Shown: one piece after another, positions 9,661-22,312 of the stretch
Numbering within the stretch: position 1 is the first letter of the stretch
Layout of the letters: every line of letters begins with the position of its first letter
NCBI RefSeq assembly: GCF_001194135.2
Contig: NC_068996.1
Coordinates: forward strand, 7,108,531 to 7,144,423
Length of the DNA stretch: 35,893 bases
Source: Octopus bimaculoides
Taxonomy: Eukaryota
Direction of reading: 5' to 3'
Translations under genes and position numbers: made by a program
Notes under the pieces: generated by a model
The model's database searches: none
Seen by the model: only the letters and a program-made list of their open reading frames with translations
Told to the model about the DNA's origin: nothing

Positions 9661-10025
9661 AAATTCTGAATTAGAAGCATCTCCAATAATGTAAACATTA
9701 CCGATATCACATACGTAATATTTGTGTTTTATTCACACGCTTATTAGCTGCGTAATTCTGTTCAGGGAAAATCCCTTTAGGACATTGAATATTAAGAATA
9801 CCTCACACCAGAAGCATCAAATCGTCCCATAGGGGAACGAGAACGGTAGTTATCGATATTTCGCTATTATTTCAGCTCATCAGTACCATATACCCGAGTC
9901 AACCTCGAAACGAATTAGAATCACTGGTATGAGGTATATATGCAGCCAGCGTAAAATCTATCCACAAGTAAAACAAAATTAAATTTTCAATTAGAAGTAG
10001 TTTTAATAATGTAAATATTACCGAT
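9661..10025 (-). mobile_element. 320-bp unit with 45-bp terminal direct repeats and an internal hammerhead (retrozyme/pLTR-like)
   Basis: 9661-9705 versus 9981-10025, ungapped, 37/45 identical, offset exactly 320. Flanked by (CA)n on the left and (TG)n on the right. Confidence 0.5.
9843..9889 (-). ncRNA. Type I hammerhead motif, U16.1 mutated
   Basis: Minus: ATGGTA-CTGATGA-GCT GAAATAAT AGC-GAAA-TATCGATA-AC-TACCGT. 6-bp stem I and palindromic stem III; the cleavage triplet reads AAC where ATC is expected. Confidence 0.6.
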
Positions 10026-10604
10026 GTAATGTGTGTGTATGTGCGTGCGCATGTGTAGGTGTGTGTGTATTCTTTTATTCCTTTATACGTTTCAGTCCTA
10101 AGCTGGAGCAACATTAAAGAAGTTCAAAACATTCTTCACTAATTCTAGCCAGAAAAATCGATTACACTTGAAAACTGCTTTTAGTATTAGTATTGAAAAT
10201 TGGCTGGTATTATGTTGGTTTTTCATTCATCTAGTGGTAGTAAAATAAATACCTATTAAATTCTTGGGTAGACTATGCGTCTACCTGATAAATTTAGCTT
10301 TGTCCGTAAGTAAGAAATCAATGTTATAAATTGATAAAATACAATCGACTCATGTTTATCGTACATCTTTGTTTAAGATATAAATAAATGATGAACGCTT
10401 AAAGTTTGCTAGGGACTTGTAGGAGGAATCAGAAACACATATAGTACTCATTTCGATCTTTTGCTGTCTAATCTTTCATAGTTAATGCCAAGCTGTCCCG
10501 GCCCAAGTCAGCAATATTTTGTTTCAATAAAAACTGGTGATGTGGAGAGAAGATAGGCAACCGTCATTAATAATACAATATATACATATATATATATATA
10601 TATA

Positions 10605-10783
10605 CGACGGGCTTCTTTCAGTTTCTATCTACCAAATCCACTCACAAGGCTTCGGTCGGCTCGAGTCTATAGTAGAAGACACTTGCCCAAGGTACTACAC
10701 AGTGGGACTGAACCTGGAACCATGTGATTGGGAGGCAGCCTGAGTTCGATTTCCAGCGGAACTCACTTTTGCGTTACTTCCAT
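10605..10783. repeat. Near-identical 179-bp duplicate of 6297-6475 (SINE 5' part fused to a B-box fragment)
   Basis: Offset 4308. Only one mismatch seen (AACGATG versus AACCATG). Confidence 0.9.
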
Positions 10784-10951
10784 CGGTTCACTTCTCATCT
10801 TACTTGTGCAATTTATCTCCCTTCCATAGAATTCCTAAATACCTAACATTCTTTCATCTCTAAGTTTCTTCTACCTTTTCATGTAGATTAATATTGCACA
10901 TCTAATGGATCTTGTCTACCTCATTTCTCTATAATCTTCACCGAAATTGTA

Positions 10952-11163
10952 CGAGGAGTGCTGAAAACTTCCAAGGTTATCGTGAAAGTTCTGAATGGGG
11001 GCTCAACCTTCCGAGTTCTTTTATAGAGCTCAGAAAAGTGAAGGACCGCTACAATAAGCATGAATCTGAGAAGGGAATACGTTGAATAAAATCGTAATTA
11101 ACCGATCTTCCTGTACTATCATTTACCCAAAGCTAGGAACTTTTCAGCACCCCCCCCCCCTCG
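10952..11163 (+). mobile_element. Mariner-derived MITE with TA target duplication
   Basis: TA-CGAGGAGTGCTGAAAACTTCC ... GGAACTTTTCAGCAC(C)nTCG-TA. Internal GGGAATACGTTGAATAA (EYVE*) matches a mariner transposase C-terminus. Confidence 0.8.
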
Positions 11164-12492
11164 TACAACCACGATTCAGGTTCATGTATCGCTACCAATC
11201 AACATCTTAATCTGTACATAGTTATTGTACTAACAGAGGAACTCTTTTATATAGATAGAGAAATGTATGAAGGTATTCTCACATTTTCCTAAGTTCAGTC
11301 GCTATATCTACTATTTCACATTCCCTCACCCAGATAACAAGCTAAGGGGTTTTCAACTGACTCATCTGACCAAATCGTGGACTTCATTTCTTGGTTACTG
11401 CTACTACTAACTTCTCAAGTACAAATATCACATCTGTCTATAAACCAAACTACGTATTTTATGCGCTATGGTTTCCAGACTATGATTAGCGAACACTTTA
11501 GATATTAATATGTTGATCTTTAGACTTTAGGACTTAAACCTATATAACACTACAGTTACTATTATTGATTTCACAACTGAAAACTTCCAAGAAGGAACTG
11601 TTATAAAATTCTTTTATTTTTTTATACGGTTTCATTCATTGAATTCTGGCTATGATGGGCTATAATCATTAAGGGTTTAATCGATCATACTGACATCCGT
11701 AGTTATTACAGTTTGGTACATATTTTTATTGATCTTCATAGAGTACTTACGTTAACATTTTAAACACATCAGTTTTTAACTAGTGTTAGAAGCAAGCATT
11801 CCCTTATGCAAACACATAAACACATACACATACACAAAGACAGGCACATACACACACACATGTGTGTATATATATGTGTGTGTGTATTTATGTATATATG
11901 TACATGTATGTATGCCTAGGAATTGTTTGTCCATAGTGAACGGTGGTTATATTAAGTGCTCTTTCACAAATATATATGTTTATATTAGTATATGTATGGA
12001 GGTGCTTGTTTCTAATATCTATTCCGGTATATGCAATCAAGGTGGTATTAAATCAAAGTAGCTACCTATGTATCATACTTAAAGTATACACATTGTTAAC
12101 AGGCTAGTTCCTGCGATATTTGTTCTGAGATAACATCGCTTATGAATGTGCTGTGTTAAAAGCGCAAATATCAGGAGGTGGGGGATAAATATGAGTCCCA
12201 GAAAATATACCGTAGTAATTGGCCCCTTAACAGTTAATATAAATTAAGTATGAGGTATAGATGATTTGTTAATCTAATAATGACTCAGTTGCATATACTG
12301 AGATTTAATTCAAGCAGGCTGCAATTTGCAACGTCAGTGAAAGTTTTATTCATTGTTTCTTATATCGCAGTCGACGAATTCTGATTGCAGCATGTATCTG
12401 GCTGCAAGTACGCGTCATTTAAAATACCGAAAAAGGCCAGAATTCATCTGGAATTTCTATCCACTGGCGGAATGAATTTTCGTTTCCCTCAG

Positions 12493-12544
12493 ATATTTTT
12501 TATGCTTTTAACACATCACGTTGATGTGTCTGGACGAATACTGC
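12493..12544 (+). CDS. Weak candidate internal exon, (D)IFYALTHHVDVSGRIL(Q)
   Basis: Pyrimidine-rich acceptor TTTTCGTTTCCCTCAG, 52-nt open segment, donor CA|GTAATT (weak). Ends in phase 2, compatible with the 26998 exon. Confidence 0.25.
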
Positions 12545-12666
12545 AGTAATTCACTTATCGACAGCATGTATGCATTAAATGTGATACATACATGCCTGTA
12601 CATACATTCATACGTACTAGCACACACACGTACATACAAGTATGCATGAATACAAATATACATATA

Positions 12667-12699
<33 letters not shown>

Positions 12700-13436
12700 C
12701 ATTCGACGAGGTCTTGCACAGTTTCCGCTTATCAAATTCTACTTACACGTTGTTGATCGGAACCGCAACCACATGATTTTAAGGATAACTGCTTAACCGC
12801 ACAACCGTGTCTGCTCAAAATAAACGTATTGTGTTTCTAATGATAGAAATGCACTGGGAAAATTTAAAAGATCTATTAAATTTTTAAAACACAGCTAATC
12901 ATATATTTATCCAAAAATTTCCAATAACACTCTCAATGGAATCTTTATAAGATGTGTGGTAGTGTATTGTTTGTTAAAGCTGAAGAAATAAACCTTAAAA
13001 GAAAACTTACACTTCAACACGACAGATATTAAGCATGTTATGATAATGAATAGAATTCCATTCCATACAAAATTAGTAGCAAAATTCAGTTTCTGATATT
13101 ATTCTTACAATAATATTTTCTATACATTGTCTCAGAAAGATCGATATTCTGATTCTGTGAGTATATTCTCATGTGAATTGCTGTCTCGAAAACAATGCTT
13201 TCTGAATACAAAAGTATATTCAGCATTCATGCATATATCGCCAAGTCTGCGTTAAAAACTATAACGTTATTTGCTTCGAGGAATTCATTGACCAACTGTT
13301 TACACCACAATCTGGCGTCAAATCCCCTGCTTTATTTTCATTAAATTATAATTTTCTGAGAATGATACATATGTTCATTTATGAAAAGTCTGAGTCGGTA
13401 TCTTTGTTGTCATGCAAAATATGAGATACTATCATT

Positions 13437-13551
<115 letters not shown>

Positions 13552-14523
13552 ATATATTTTGGAGAAATAGTAAGCTGTTTACTTCATCATTAATCAGTTT
13601 CATACACGTATGCACGATGCATGTGTATGACCTTAGAGATGATTTGGGGAAAAGAATGTGAAAGCTGTAGGGAACCAGTAAGATTGCTTTAAATTGGTTG
13701 GAGTTGGACACGTAATCGTATTTCTCGCAGATTTATACCTTCTGCTTTTGTGCTATTGTACGAGGCAGGCAGGCAGGCTGACTGCTGGGACTGGCTAAAG
13801 CTAATTCTTATAAGTTCTGATAGTCCAATGATAGAAATTTTTCCTATGGGAATTTCTTCCGGTGTTAGCAAATGAACAATATCACTGATCTCTGATTAAG
13901 ATATTTCAGTACTGATTCTTAATTTAGACAAACCTGCAGTTCTGTGACTCGTTAAAGTATGGAGTAACTGTATCCATGCGGTTATTTTGATGGATTTCCA
14001 CAAGTCGGGTGATTGGAAGGCGAATATATGGGTGTGCGTTTGCAGTTGCAGAATTTGATCTGAGAAGCTATTTTGTCCATTCAAGAATAACTTATCTTAC
14101 CATTATATAAGTTGAAAGGCTTATGGTGCTTGTGTACTGGGGGTATGTGTGTTTCTCACATATCCCGCTTATTAGATTTTGGAAATTCCTGCTTATGTTT
14201 ATAATAACTTCGAGAAGTCACTACGATCATAGATACATTAATTTCTTCTTCGTAGCTCTACTCTGTTTTGTAGTCGGTGGCGTCTTATTTATATAAAACT
14301 TGATTTTCACTGAAACTACTCCTGGCGAGTGTATCGTTCTAATACTTTGCTGCATTTATTAATATCTCAGGTCGAGTACAGATGACAGGATTCTCTTCTT
14401 ATTCAGACTATAAGGTTTTTCTAATTGTGGATTTGTCACGTAAATTAATTAAAATGAATGAATTTAAATGAATTTAAAGAAGAACTGTTCGACGCAAATC
14501 GTCAAAGAAGTGGATGAAGTATA

Positions 14524-15331
14524 GGGCTTTCCTATAAGGTGTTATCCACCCCTGATTGGAACTCTCCCGTATGACATGTACGCATGCTCAGTGACTTGCT
14601 TTAACAGTTGCAATCAGCTGAATGCACATTGCCAGTGACATTTGACATAATTACCCACACTCTGTGGTCAGGATTCTTTTTTTGGTTTGATGTCGGTATC
14701 GAAGGGATTACCAGACACCGGACAATACAGTGAGAGCAGCTTTCACTCACATCGTGGTATTCGATGCTGTGTACGTGTCTGTCGTGGTAAAATATGCCAC
14801 TCCTTAACTGTTGCTTTNNNNNNNNNNNNNNNNNNNNNNNNNNNNNNNNNNNNNNNNNNNNNNNNNNNNNNNNNNNNNNNNNNNNNNNNNNNNNNNNNNN
14901 NNNNNNNNNNNNNNNNNNNNNNNNNNNNNNNNNNNNNNNNNNNNNNNNNNNNNNNNNNNNNNNNNNNNNNNNNNAGGCAATACTTCACCGAGAGGAGATA
15001 TAAGCTTCTGCTTATTCCTGTCTGAAGTATCGTCCGATACTTCAGACTTATCGTCCGATGAATTTACTTTGTTGACATATCGACAGAATTTTTATACCTT
15101 TCAACCTTTCAATCAAGTCCGCCTTTCTTCCAGTAACATACTCTCCATATAATCTTAAATATTTCTTTAACTCAGGCACAGTAAGTACTTCGATAGCTGA
15201 ATCATCAAGCTGCTTTATATCCATGATAAGACGTAAAACAATAACAATGGCGTGGGTTAGCCTCCGGAAGTTTAATTATCTACATGGAGCGCCGCCTAGC
15301 CAAGGGAGATAACCTACTTATAGGAAAGCCC
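14524..15331. mobile_element. Putative non-autonomous TIR DNA transposon flanked by TA
   Basis: ATAGGGCTTTCCTATAAG (14521-14538) is the exact reverse complement of 15317-15334; homology continues to GTTATC. Contains an N gap; no transposase recognised. Confidence 0.5.
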
Positions 15332-16218
15332 TATTACAATGTAATCGTTGTTGAAATAGTTGAAAAGAAAAAAAAAAGTAAAACTGGATGGGAGAGAGAA
15401 GTAAAACGCTCGAATTTTATGAGATGGATAGAGGGGAAGTATGAAGTTGTAGCAAAAATGTGATAGATTCAACAGTGTTGGAAGAGAAAGCGTTAATTTG
15501 GTTGATGCTGTAAGCGAGTGAATTTAAAACAAAATAAATAAATAAATAAATAAATGGAAAAACTGTTTTGAGAGAAGCAGGAGTGAAATAGATGAGCCAA
15601 TGAGTGATTACTGTTCACGACACTAGATTACTTATACGTCAAGTACAGTCTATTTGAAATGCTAAAATTAATTAGAAATTTGAATAGCTAAATCAGTTTG
15701 TAGCTAGGAGTCTGAATTGGGTACAATTTTGTTTTCATAATTAGGAACGTCAGAAAAAAAAATTGGACATTTACGTAGTTGAATATATTTTCTGATAATT
15801 GTTTTAAAAAGTGTGCGAAATTACTCTGTATTGTTTGTTATGTATTGACATCAAATATGTACAGTTTGAATAAATATATTATTTGCTAACATGACAACAT
15901 CGTGACACTTTCTTATGACGTCTTAATTTCTCTTTTCCTAAAATAATTCTATTAAAATTTTACTTGAGCTTTCTGTGAGAAAATTCTGTTAAGATTTAGG
16001 TCAATGTCTATACTGATTGTGTCCAGGCGAATTTACTCCTTATACGATTTTTAAATTTTAGTTTTGAACCAGTAGGTTGTTTAAGCTACTCGGAATACCT
16101 ACTAGTGGAGTGATCACACACGCACACATACACACACCAGTCTAAATAGATATAGCCCAATAGATTTGTAATTTCATTAAATAATATATGTGGATGTGTG
16201 CATGTATGCATTTTTGTG

Positions 16219-16252
<34 letters not shown>

Positions 16253-16262
16253 NNNNNNNNNN

Positions 16263-16299
<37 letters not shown>

Positions 16300-16372
16300 C
16301 GTATACTTATATATGTATGGGTAGATACATGTATGCATATATATACGATGCATATGTATCTATATATGCATA

Positions 16373-16403
<31 letters not shown>

Positions 16404-16527
16404 GAACGTATCCTTATATATGTATATGTATATACATGGATGTGTATATGTATTTATATATGTATATGATGCATATGTATTTATATATGTATATGATGCA
16501 TATGTATCTATATATGCATATAAATAT

Positions 16528-16558
<31 letters not shown>

Positions 16559-16566
16559 CACACTCA

Positions 16567-16599
<33 letters not shown>

Positions 16600-16689
16600 A
16601 TACACACGCACATACATAGATGTGTGAAATTGGTGAGGATTGTCTACAAAGCACCACGATGTGATCATTAGATAAACAAAATTTATATA

Positions 16690-17169
16690 GACAGTCTGAC
16701 TCAGTTCTATACGCTTCTTGCCGTTAGAAGGAGAGATCTAACAAGAATTTGAAAATGATTCACATTTATCCGGATAATGTGCGTCTACGCACATCTTTGG
16801 CGACAAATCAGGCAATCGGAAAATTGGGCTGATCAGTGATCCTCCGTCTACCGTATAACCTGGATCTGGAGTGCTCCGACCTCCACCTGTTCTTCCCAAT
16901 AAAAGACAGGCTGTAGGGCAATGATTTGATGACACAGACGAGGTGAAAGTAACTACGAAGAAGTTAGTACAACGGTGTACGTCCGAATTTTTCAGAGAAG
17001 ATTCAAATGTTTGGTTTAAGGATTGTGCAAATACATCGCTTTTTATAGAGATTCTGTTGAGTTGCATAGGGAAAGAGTTACTCTACGAACATGAGCAAGT
17101 TGAACGGCATGCGTTTGTTAATAAAAAGGTTATGCACACTTTTGCATTCATTGCGAGACAACCGTCGTA
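16690..17169 (+). pseudogene. Mariner (DD34D) transposase C-terminal remnant with probable 3' TIR
   Basis: Translation PDNVRLRTSLATNQAIGKLG*SVILRLPYNLDLECSDLHLFFPIKDRL*G matches HDNARPH...LGW.VLPHPPYSPDLAPSDFHLF. After frameshifts, FDDTDEVK and CLV*GLCKYIAFYRDSVE. Ends ...CCGTCG-TA at 17169. Confidence 0.85.
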
Positions 17170-17824
17170 ATTTCCTATTATCCCAGCTACTATTTCTTCT
17201 TTCACATTCACAAATTCTCAATAATTATTAATATTTATTCTTTTTAACACCTTTCGTTAATCCAATAGAGTAACCTTTGTTCAGTATCCCATGTAATTAT
17301 TTCCTTTGATCTATACTCTGTCGACCTGAACAACGAATTATCCATACTGTAAAGAATTTGAACTATTATAGATGGATAATTGTGCCATTACTAGCAATTT
17401 TCCAATAACTCATACCAAGTGAACTCTGTCTTGGGACAGTAGTATGTTATTGATAGTCGAAAGTTATTGATAACCGATTGTCATGAATGTGCAAATCATG
17501 CCATTTCCAAATTGTTTCAAAATATTTATATATTTATGGATTTATTTATTCCTAACTTAACACAACTGAGATCTTCCTTCATCCTACCTGAATTTATCAG
17601 ACCTTTGAACTAAACGATAAAATATTCAAGTAAACGAAACGCTTCCTTAACATTATAAAACTTTCAAATATTGCAAAACCACATCTCTAGATATAGAAAT
17701 TATGCTGCAAAATCACATTCTCACATTCAAAGTTACCGAGAGTAACTTTGCATATTACTAAATGCAGAAAGACTTATATTTATTTAACTAAGTTACTGTT
17801 CAACGTTTGGCTATTTTCCCGATA

Positions 17825-18117
17825 CAGTAATCCTTCGACTATCGCGGTTGTTACGTTCGAAAGTAACCCCGCGATAGGTGAAAATCCGCGAAATAGAAAC
17901 AGTACCATACTGTATATTTCTTTTTATTATTTTTATGATTTGTATATATTTATTTTATTATAAATGTAAAACAACACCACGGAGCAATCGAAGTAAGCTT
18001 AAATGATAAACCGCGATGGGTGAACCGCGATAGGTGAACCGCGATAGGTGAACCGCGATAGGTGAACCGCGATAGGTGAACCGCGATAGGTGAACCGCGA
18101 TAGGCGAGGGATAACTG
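17825..18117 (+). mobile_element. Tigger/pogo-like MITE with an amplified subterminal 14-mer
   Basis: 23-bp TIRs CAGTAATCCTTCGACTATCGCGG / CCGCGATAGGCGAGGGATAACTG (20/23); TA on the left, TG on the right. Seven tandem CCGCGATAGGTGAA-type units at 18011-18108. Confidence 0.8.
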
Positions 18118-18834
18118 TGTATATAATTGTAAAAAAGAAAACAACCATTTACCTAATTCAGACTTCTAATTACAAACTGAATAGGCTGTTCAAATTTCTA
18201 ATTAATTTTAGCATTTCAAATAGACTATACTTGACGTATACATAATTTAATGTCGTGGACGGCAGTCACTTATTGACTCACTCACTCCAGTCTTCTGCTC
18301 TCAAAACTTCGCCTCCCTTATTTTGTATAACGTCTCTTGCTCATAGATCTACCAAATTAATAGTCTCTCTCTCCTCTAGTGATACTATCATATTTTTTCT
18401 ATCCCTTTGAACGCCCCTTCTACTCTCCCACACAGTTATTTTGTTTTTGTTTTCACCTATGTACAATCCTTCTACTTCCTTCTGTTCTCCATCTTTGATT
18501 CCCCACCCCCTCTCAACTATTTAAGCAAAAATTACGTTATAAACCCTTACTCACTCCTCTTATGAACTGCTCCGAGCGGTGAAACAAGTTATAACATGTC
18601 ACACATTGTGTGTGTATGTGTGTGTGTGTGGTTGTGTTTGTGTGTGTGTGTGCTTGTATTTGTCCTTGCGTTTGCAAGCAAAATGTTGCTCACGTACACA
18701 AAGGTCATTCACACACGTACATTTAAAAATCAACGTAAGTGATTATACAGAATATTCTAAAGACTCGCTTCTTCAAAGGGATTTTCTGAAATTCCAAAGA
18801 CATCAATACAATGGGAGATTAACATCTATATATA

Positions 18835-18838
18835 TATT

Positions 18839-18872
<34 letters not shown>

Positions 18873-18951
18873 TGTGTGTGCGTGAGTAGATAGATAGATA
18901 CATACATGCATACATATATACATGTATATATATATATATAAATATATGTAA

Positions 18952-18982
<31 letters not shown>

Positions 18983-18984
18983 CT

Positions 18985-19031
<47 letters not shown>

Positions 19032-19105
19032 ATATATTTATATATATGTGTGTATGTATATATGTGTGTGTGGGTATGTATGTATGTATGTATGTATGTA
19101 TGCAT
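18835..19105. repeat. Compound (TG)/(TAGA)/(TA)/(TATG) microsatellite
   Basis: Direct reading. Confidence 0.9.
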
Positions 19106-19808
19106 ATACTCTTAAAACTGGCCCGGACGATTTCCTCTCGGACGGAGATGCATGAGCATGGCAATGACAAGCTGCAAAAACGGCGAAATGACCAGTCGCT
19201 TACGGCATGATTTCGTTTCGTCTAGCTCTCAAATATCTTGTGTTTTTCCCACAATAGATTTATTAAAGGACCTTTCCTCGGACAAAAATTTCGTCTTCCA
19301 TTTTTTTCTACGACATACATACGTTAAGTGTATCTGTCACAAAGATATTAATCTCGAGCTCCTGTCAATACATTTAAGAACCAGTGTATATTCTGATTTG
19401 TCTTTTCAATATGTTGGCTTTGCGCCATTTGCTAAAAATAAATATTTGAATCCACAAAAGCAAAATTCATCTCTAATTTATTATTTAAACGGATTTTCAT
19501 TGAAGACATGCAATTGCGCAGACAATATACACGAAGAATAAAGACATCAGTTCAGTTCATTGACCCAGCAAAGGTTAAATATCTCTAAATTGATGTGATT
19601 ATAAAAGAAAATAGGGTGTTACATATGTCTAATTAGATAATTGCTCAATACATTTAAAATATTACAAAAGGGAACGTAGGAGAGAATTTTTTCTCTCTAA
19701 AAGATAATCTCGTTTCTCAGCAGATTAATTAATCCATTAAAGCAATCTGATTATGTTTTTCTGTTGTAATAACAGATTTTCTTTTTAGTTTCCTAAGTGA
19801 TGGACATA

Positions 19809-19885
<77 letters not shown>

Positions 19886-20127
19886 TACATATAATGAGAC
19901 AGTTGAGAGACATTCAAGGAATCACTAAGCAATTACTTCCATAGCTAAGATTCAGATATTGATTATAATTAATTAGATTGACTTGCTTAATGATCGACAG
20001 CTTCTACTAATTAGATAATGCTTAAGGTTGAGATACGACGAGATGATATCAAATTTTAAATAAATTAATCATTAAAATTATACACATTTCAACACATGTG
20101 AGATGATAAATATATCTATCTATCTAA

Positions 20128-20194
<67 letters not shown>

Positions 20195-20199
<5 letters not shown>

Positions 20200-20327
20200 A
20201 AAGAAAGAGATTAAGAAAAAGAGAAAGATAACATGCATTCATATGCGTATATTTATGCATGTATATGCATATATGCATCTATCTATACATATGCATATAT
20301 ATTTATATGTATATGTATATATATATA

Positions 20328-20370
<43 letters not shown>

Positions 20371-20459
20371 AAAGAAAGAGAGTAGGAGAAAGAGAAAGAT
20401 AACATGTATTCATATGCGTATGTTTATGCATGTATATGCATATATGCATCTATCTATAC

Positions 20460-20461
<2 letters not shown>
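20195..20461. repeat. Tandem duplication (offset 171) of a roughly 96-bp low-complexity block between (GA)n runs
   Basis: GAAGGAAAGAAAGAGA...GATAACATG(C/T)ATTCATATGCG...CTATCTATACAT at 20195-20290 and 20366-20461. Confidence 0.85.
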
Positions 20462-20544
<83 letters not shown>

Positions 20545-20896
20545 CTTCCAACACGGCGGAATTTGTTGAAAATCAGTATGTCGTAGAGGGTGATATCAAA
20601 GCGATAGAACATTCAATATCAAAATTAACAATACCAGAGACAGTCAGATGTTACTTCTGAAATATTTAATTAGTCTTTACACACACACACACACATGCAA
20701 GCACGCAGAAACACACACCGAGACACACGCCTACACACTATGCTACTTAAAAACTTCGTAAATGAGCGTTTAACTCGAAATAGCAGGACTAATTAAATAT
20801 CTCAGGTAATATTTCAATTTCTTTGTTATTGCTATTTTTAATTATCTAATATTTCGTCTGCACTTCTACAGACTTGTAAAACACACGAGTAATATA

Positions 20897-20947
<51 letters not shown>

Positions 20948-21208
20948 TTTGTTTATACATGAATGTATCTTCTGCATTGCTACAAACTTCTACAGCACAC
21001 AGGTAATATATGTGTGCATTATAGCATTATATATATATATATATTCGCCATAATAGATCGCTAGCCACTAAACCTTTTTTCTATTTTCTCTCCCTGTTTA
21101 TTTCTATTATTGTTTTATATGATCGAACGCCTGCGTCATCCCTGTTGTAAGTAGTTTTCAACTTTATATTTTCTGACGCGACTCTATCTCTTTCTAAATC
21201 ACTTTTTC

Positions 21209-21327
21209 CCCCTCTCGTTCTTCCTCTGTTACTACTACGTATCTCTCTTTACCCCTCTCGTTCTTCCTTCTGTTACTACTATATCTCTCTCTTTCCCCTC
21301 TCGTTCTTCCTTCTGTTACTACTATAT
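21209..21327. repeat. 43-bp minisatellite, about 3 copies
   Basis: CCCCTCTCGTTCTTCC(T)TCTGTTACTACTA at 21209, 21252 and 21295. Confidence 0.9.
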
Positions 21328-22053
21328 TCCTCTCTTCCTCTCTTTCTTTCGTTGCTCACCTATTCTTCTACTTCCTCCCTTTGTTTCTCCCTCTACCACT
21401 CTCTCTCTCTCTCTCTTTCCCTTACCCCTGCTTGGTCACATGCTTCCGGTCACTAATCCTTTTCTTCCTTGGCTATCGCCGAGTAAACACGCGAACTNNN
21501 NNNNNNNNNNNNNNNNNNNNNNNNNNNNNNNNNNNNNNNNNNNNNNNNNNNNNNNNNNNNNNNNNNNNNNNNNNNNNNNNNNNNNNNNNNNNNNNNNNNN
21601 NNNNNNNNNNNNNNNNNNNNNNNNNNNNNNNNNNNNNNNNNNNNNNNNNNNNNNNNNNNNNNNNNNNNNNNNNNNNNNNNNNNNNNNNNNNNNNNNNNNN
21701 NNNNNNNNNNNNNNNNNNNNNNNNNNNNNNNNNNNNNNNNNNNNNNNNNNNNNNNNNNNNNNNNNNNNNNNNNNNNNNNNNNNNNNNNNNNNNNNNNNNN
21801 NNNNNNNNNNNNNNNNNNNNNNNNNNNNNNNNNNNNNNNNNNNNNNNNNNNNNNNNNNNNNNNNNNNNNNNNNNNNNNNNNNNNNNNNNNNNNNNNNNNN
21901 NNNNNNNNNNNNNNNNNNNNNNNNNNNNNNNNNNNNNNNNNNNNNNNNNNNNNNNNNNNNNNNNNNNNNNNNNNNNNNNNNNNNNNNNNNNNNNNNNNNN
22001 NNNNNNNNNNNNNNNNNNNNNNNNNNNNNNNNNNNNNNNNNNNNNNNNNNNNN

Positions 22054-22084
<31 letters not shown>

Positions 22085-22094
22085 TATGTATCTA

Positions 22095-22312
22095 TATGTG
22101 TGTGTCTTTAAGTCTATATTTGTTCCCCACTACTGCTTGACAACCAGTGTTGGTGTGTTTACGTCGCCGTAACTTAGCTGTTCGACAAAAGACTCCGATA
22201 GAATAAGTACCAGGCTTAAAATAATGAGTTCTGGGGTCTATTCATTCGACTAAAAATTCTCCAATGCAGTGTCCCATCACAGCCTCGGTCTAATGACTGA
22301 AACAAATAAAAA
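22095..22312 (+). mobile_element. 3' half of the composite SINE (5' half probably in the gap)
   Basis: GCTTGACAACCAGTGTTGGTGTGTTTACGTC...GATAGAATAAGTACCAGG...CTAATGACTGAAACAAATAAAA following a microsatellite. Confidence 0.8.

Noticed and set aside
12340-12475. MYLAASTRHLKYR as a GIY-YIG YIG motif
   Set aside because: The resemblance is too loose and there is no supporting GIY or RT context.
13720-14090. GC-elevated island with exon-like splice signals on both strands
   Set aside because: No recognisable peptide and no consistent strong acceptor-donor pair; unresolved without RNA-seq.
18011-18108. CRISPR-like array
   Set aside because: Contiguous 14-mers with no spacers, inside a eukaryotic MITE.
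19152-19541. 129-aa ORF
   Set aside because: No recognisable motif, near-cognate start, no donor; probably chance or transposon-derived.
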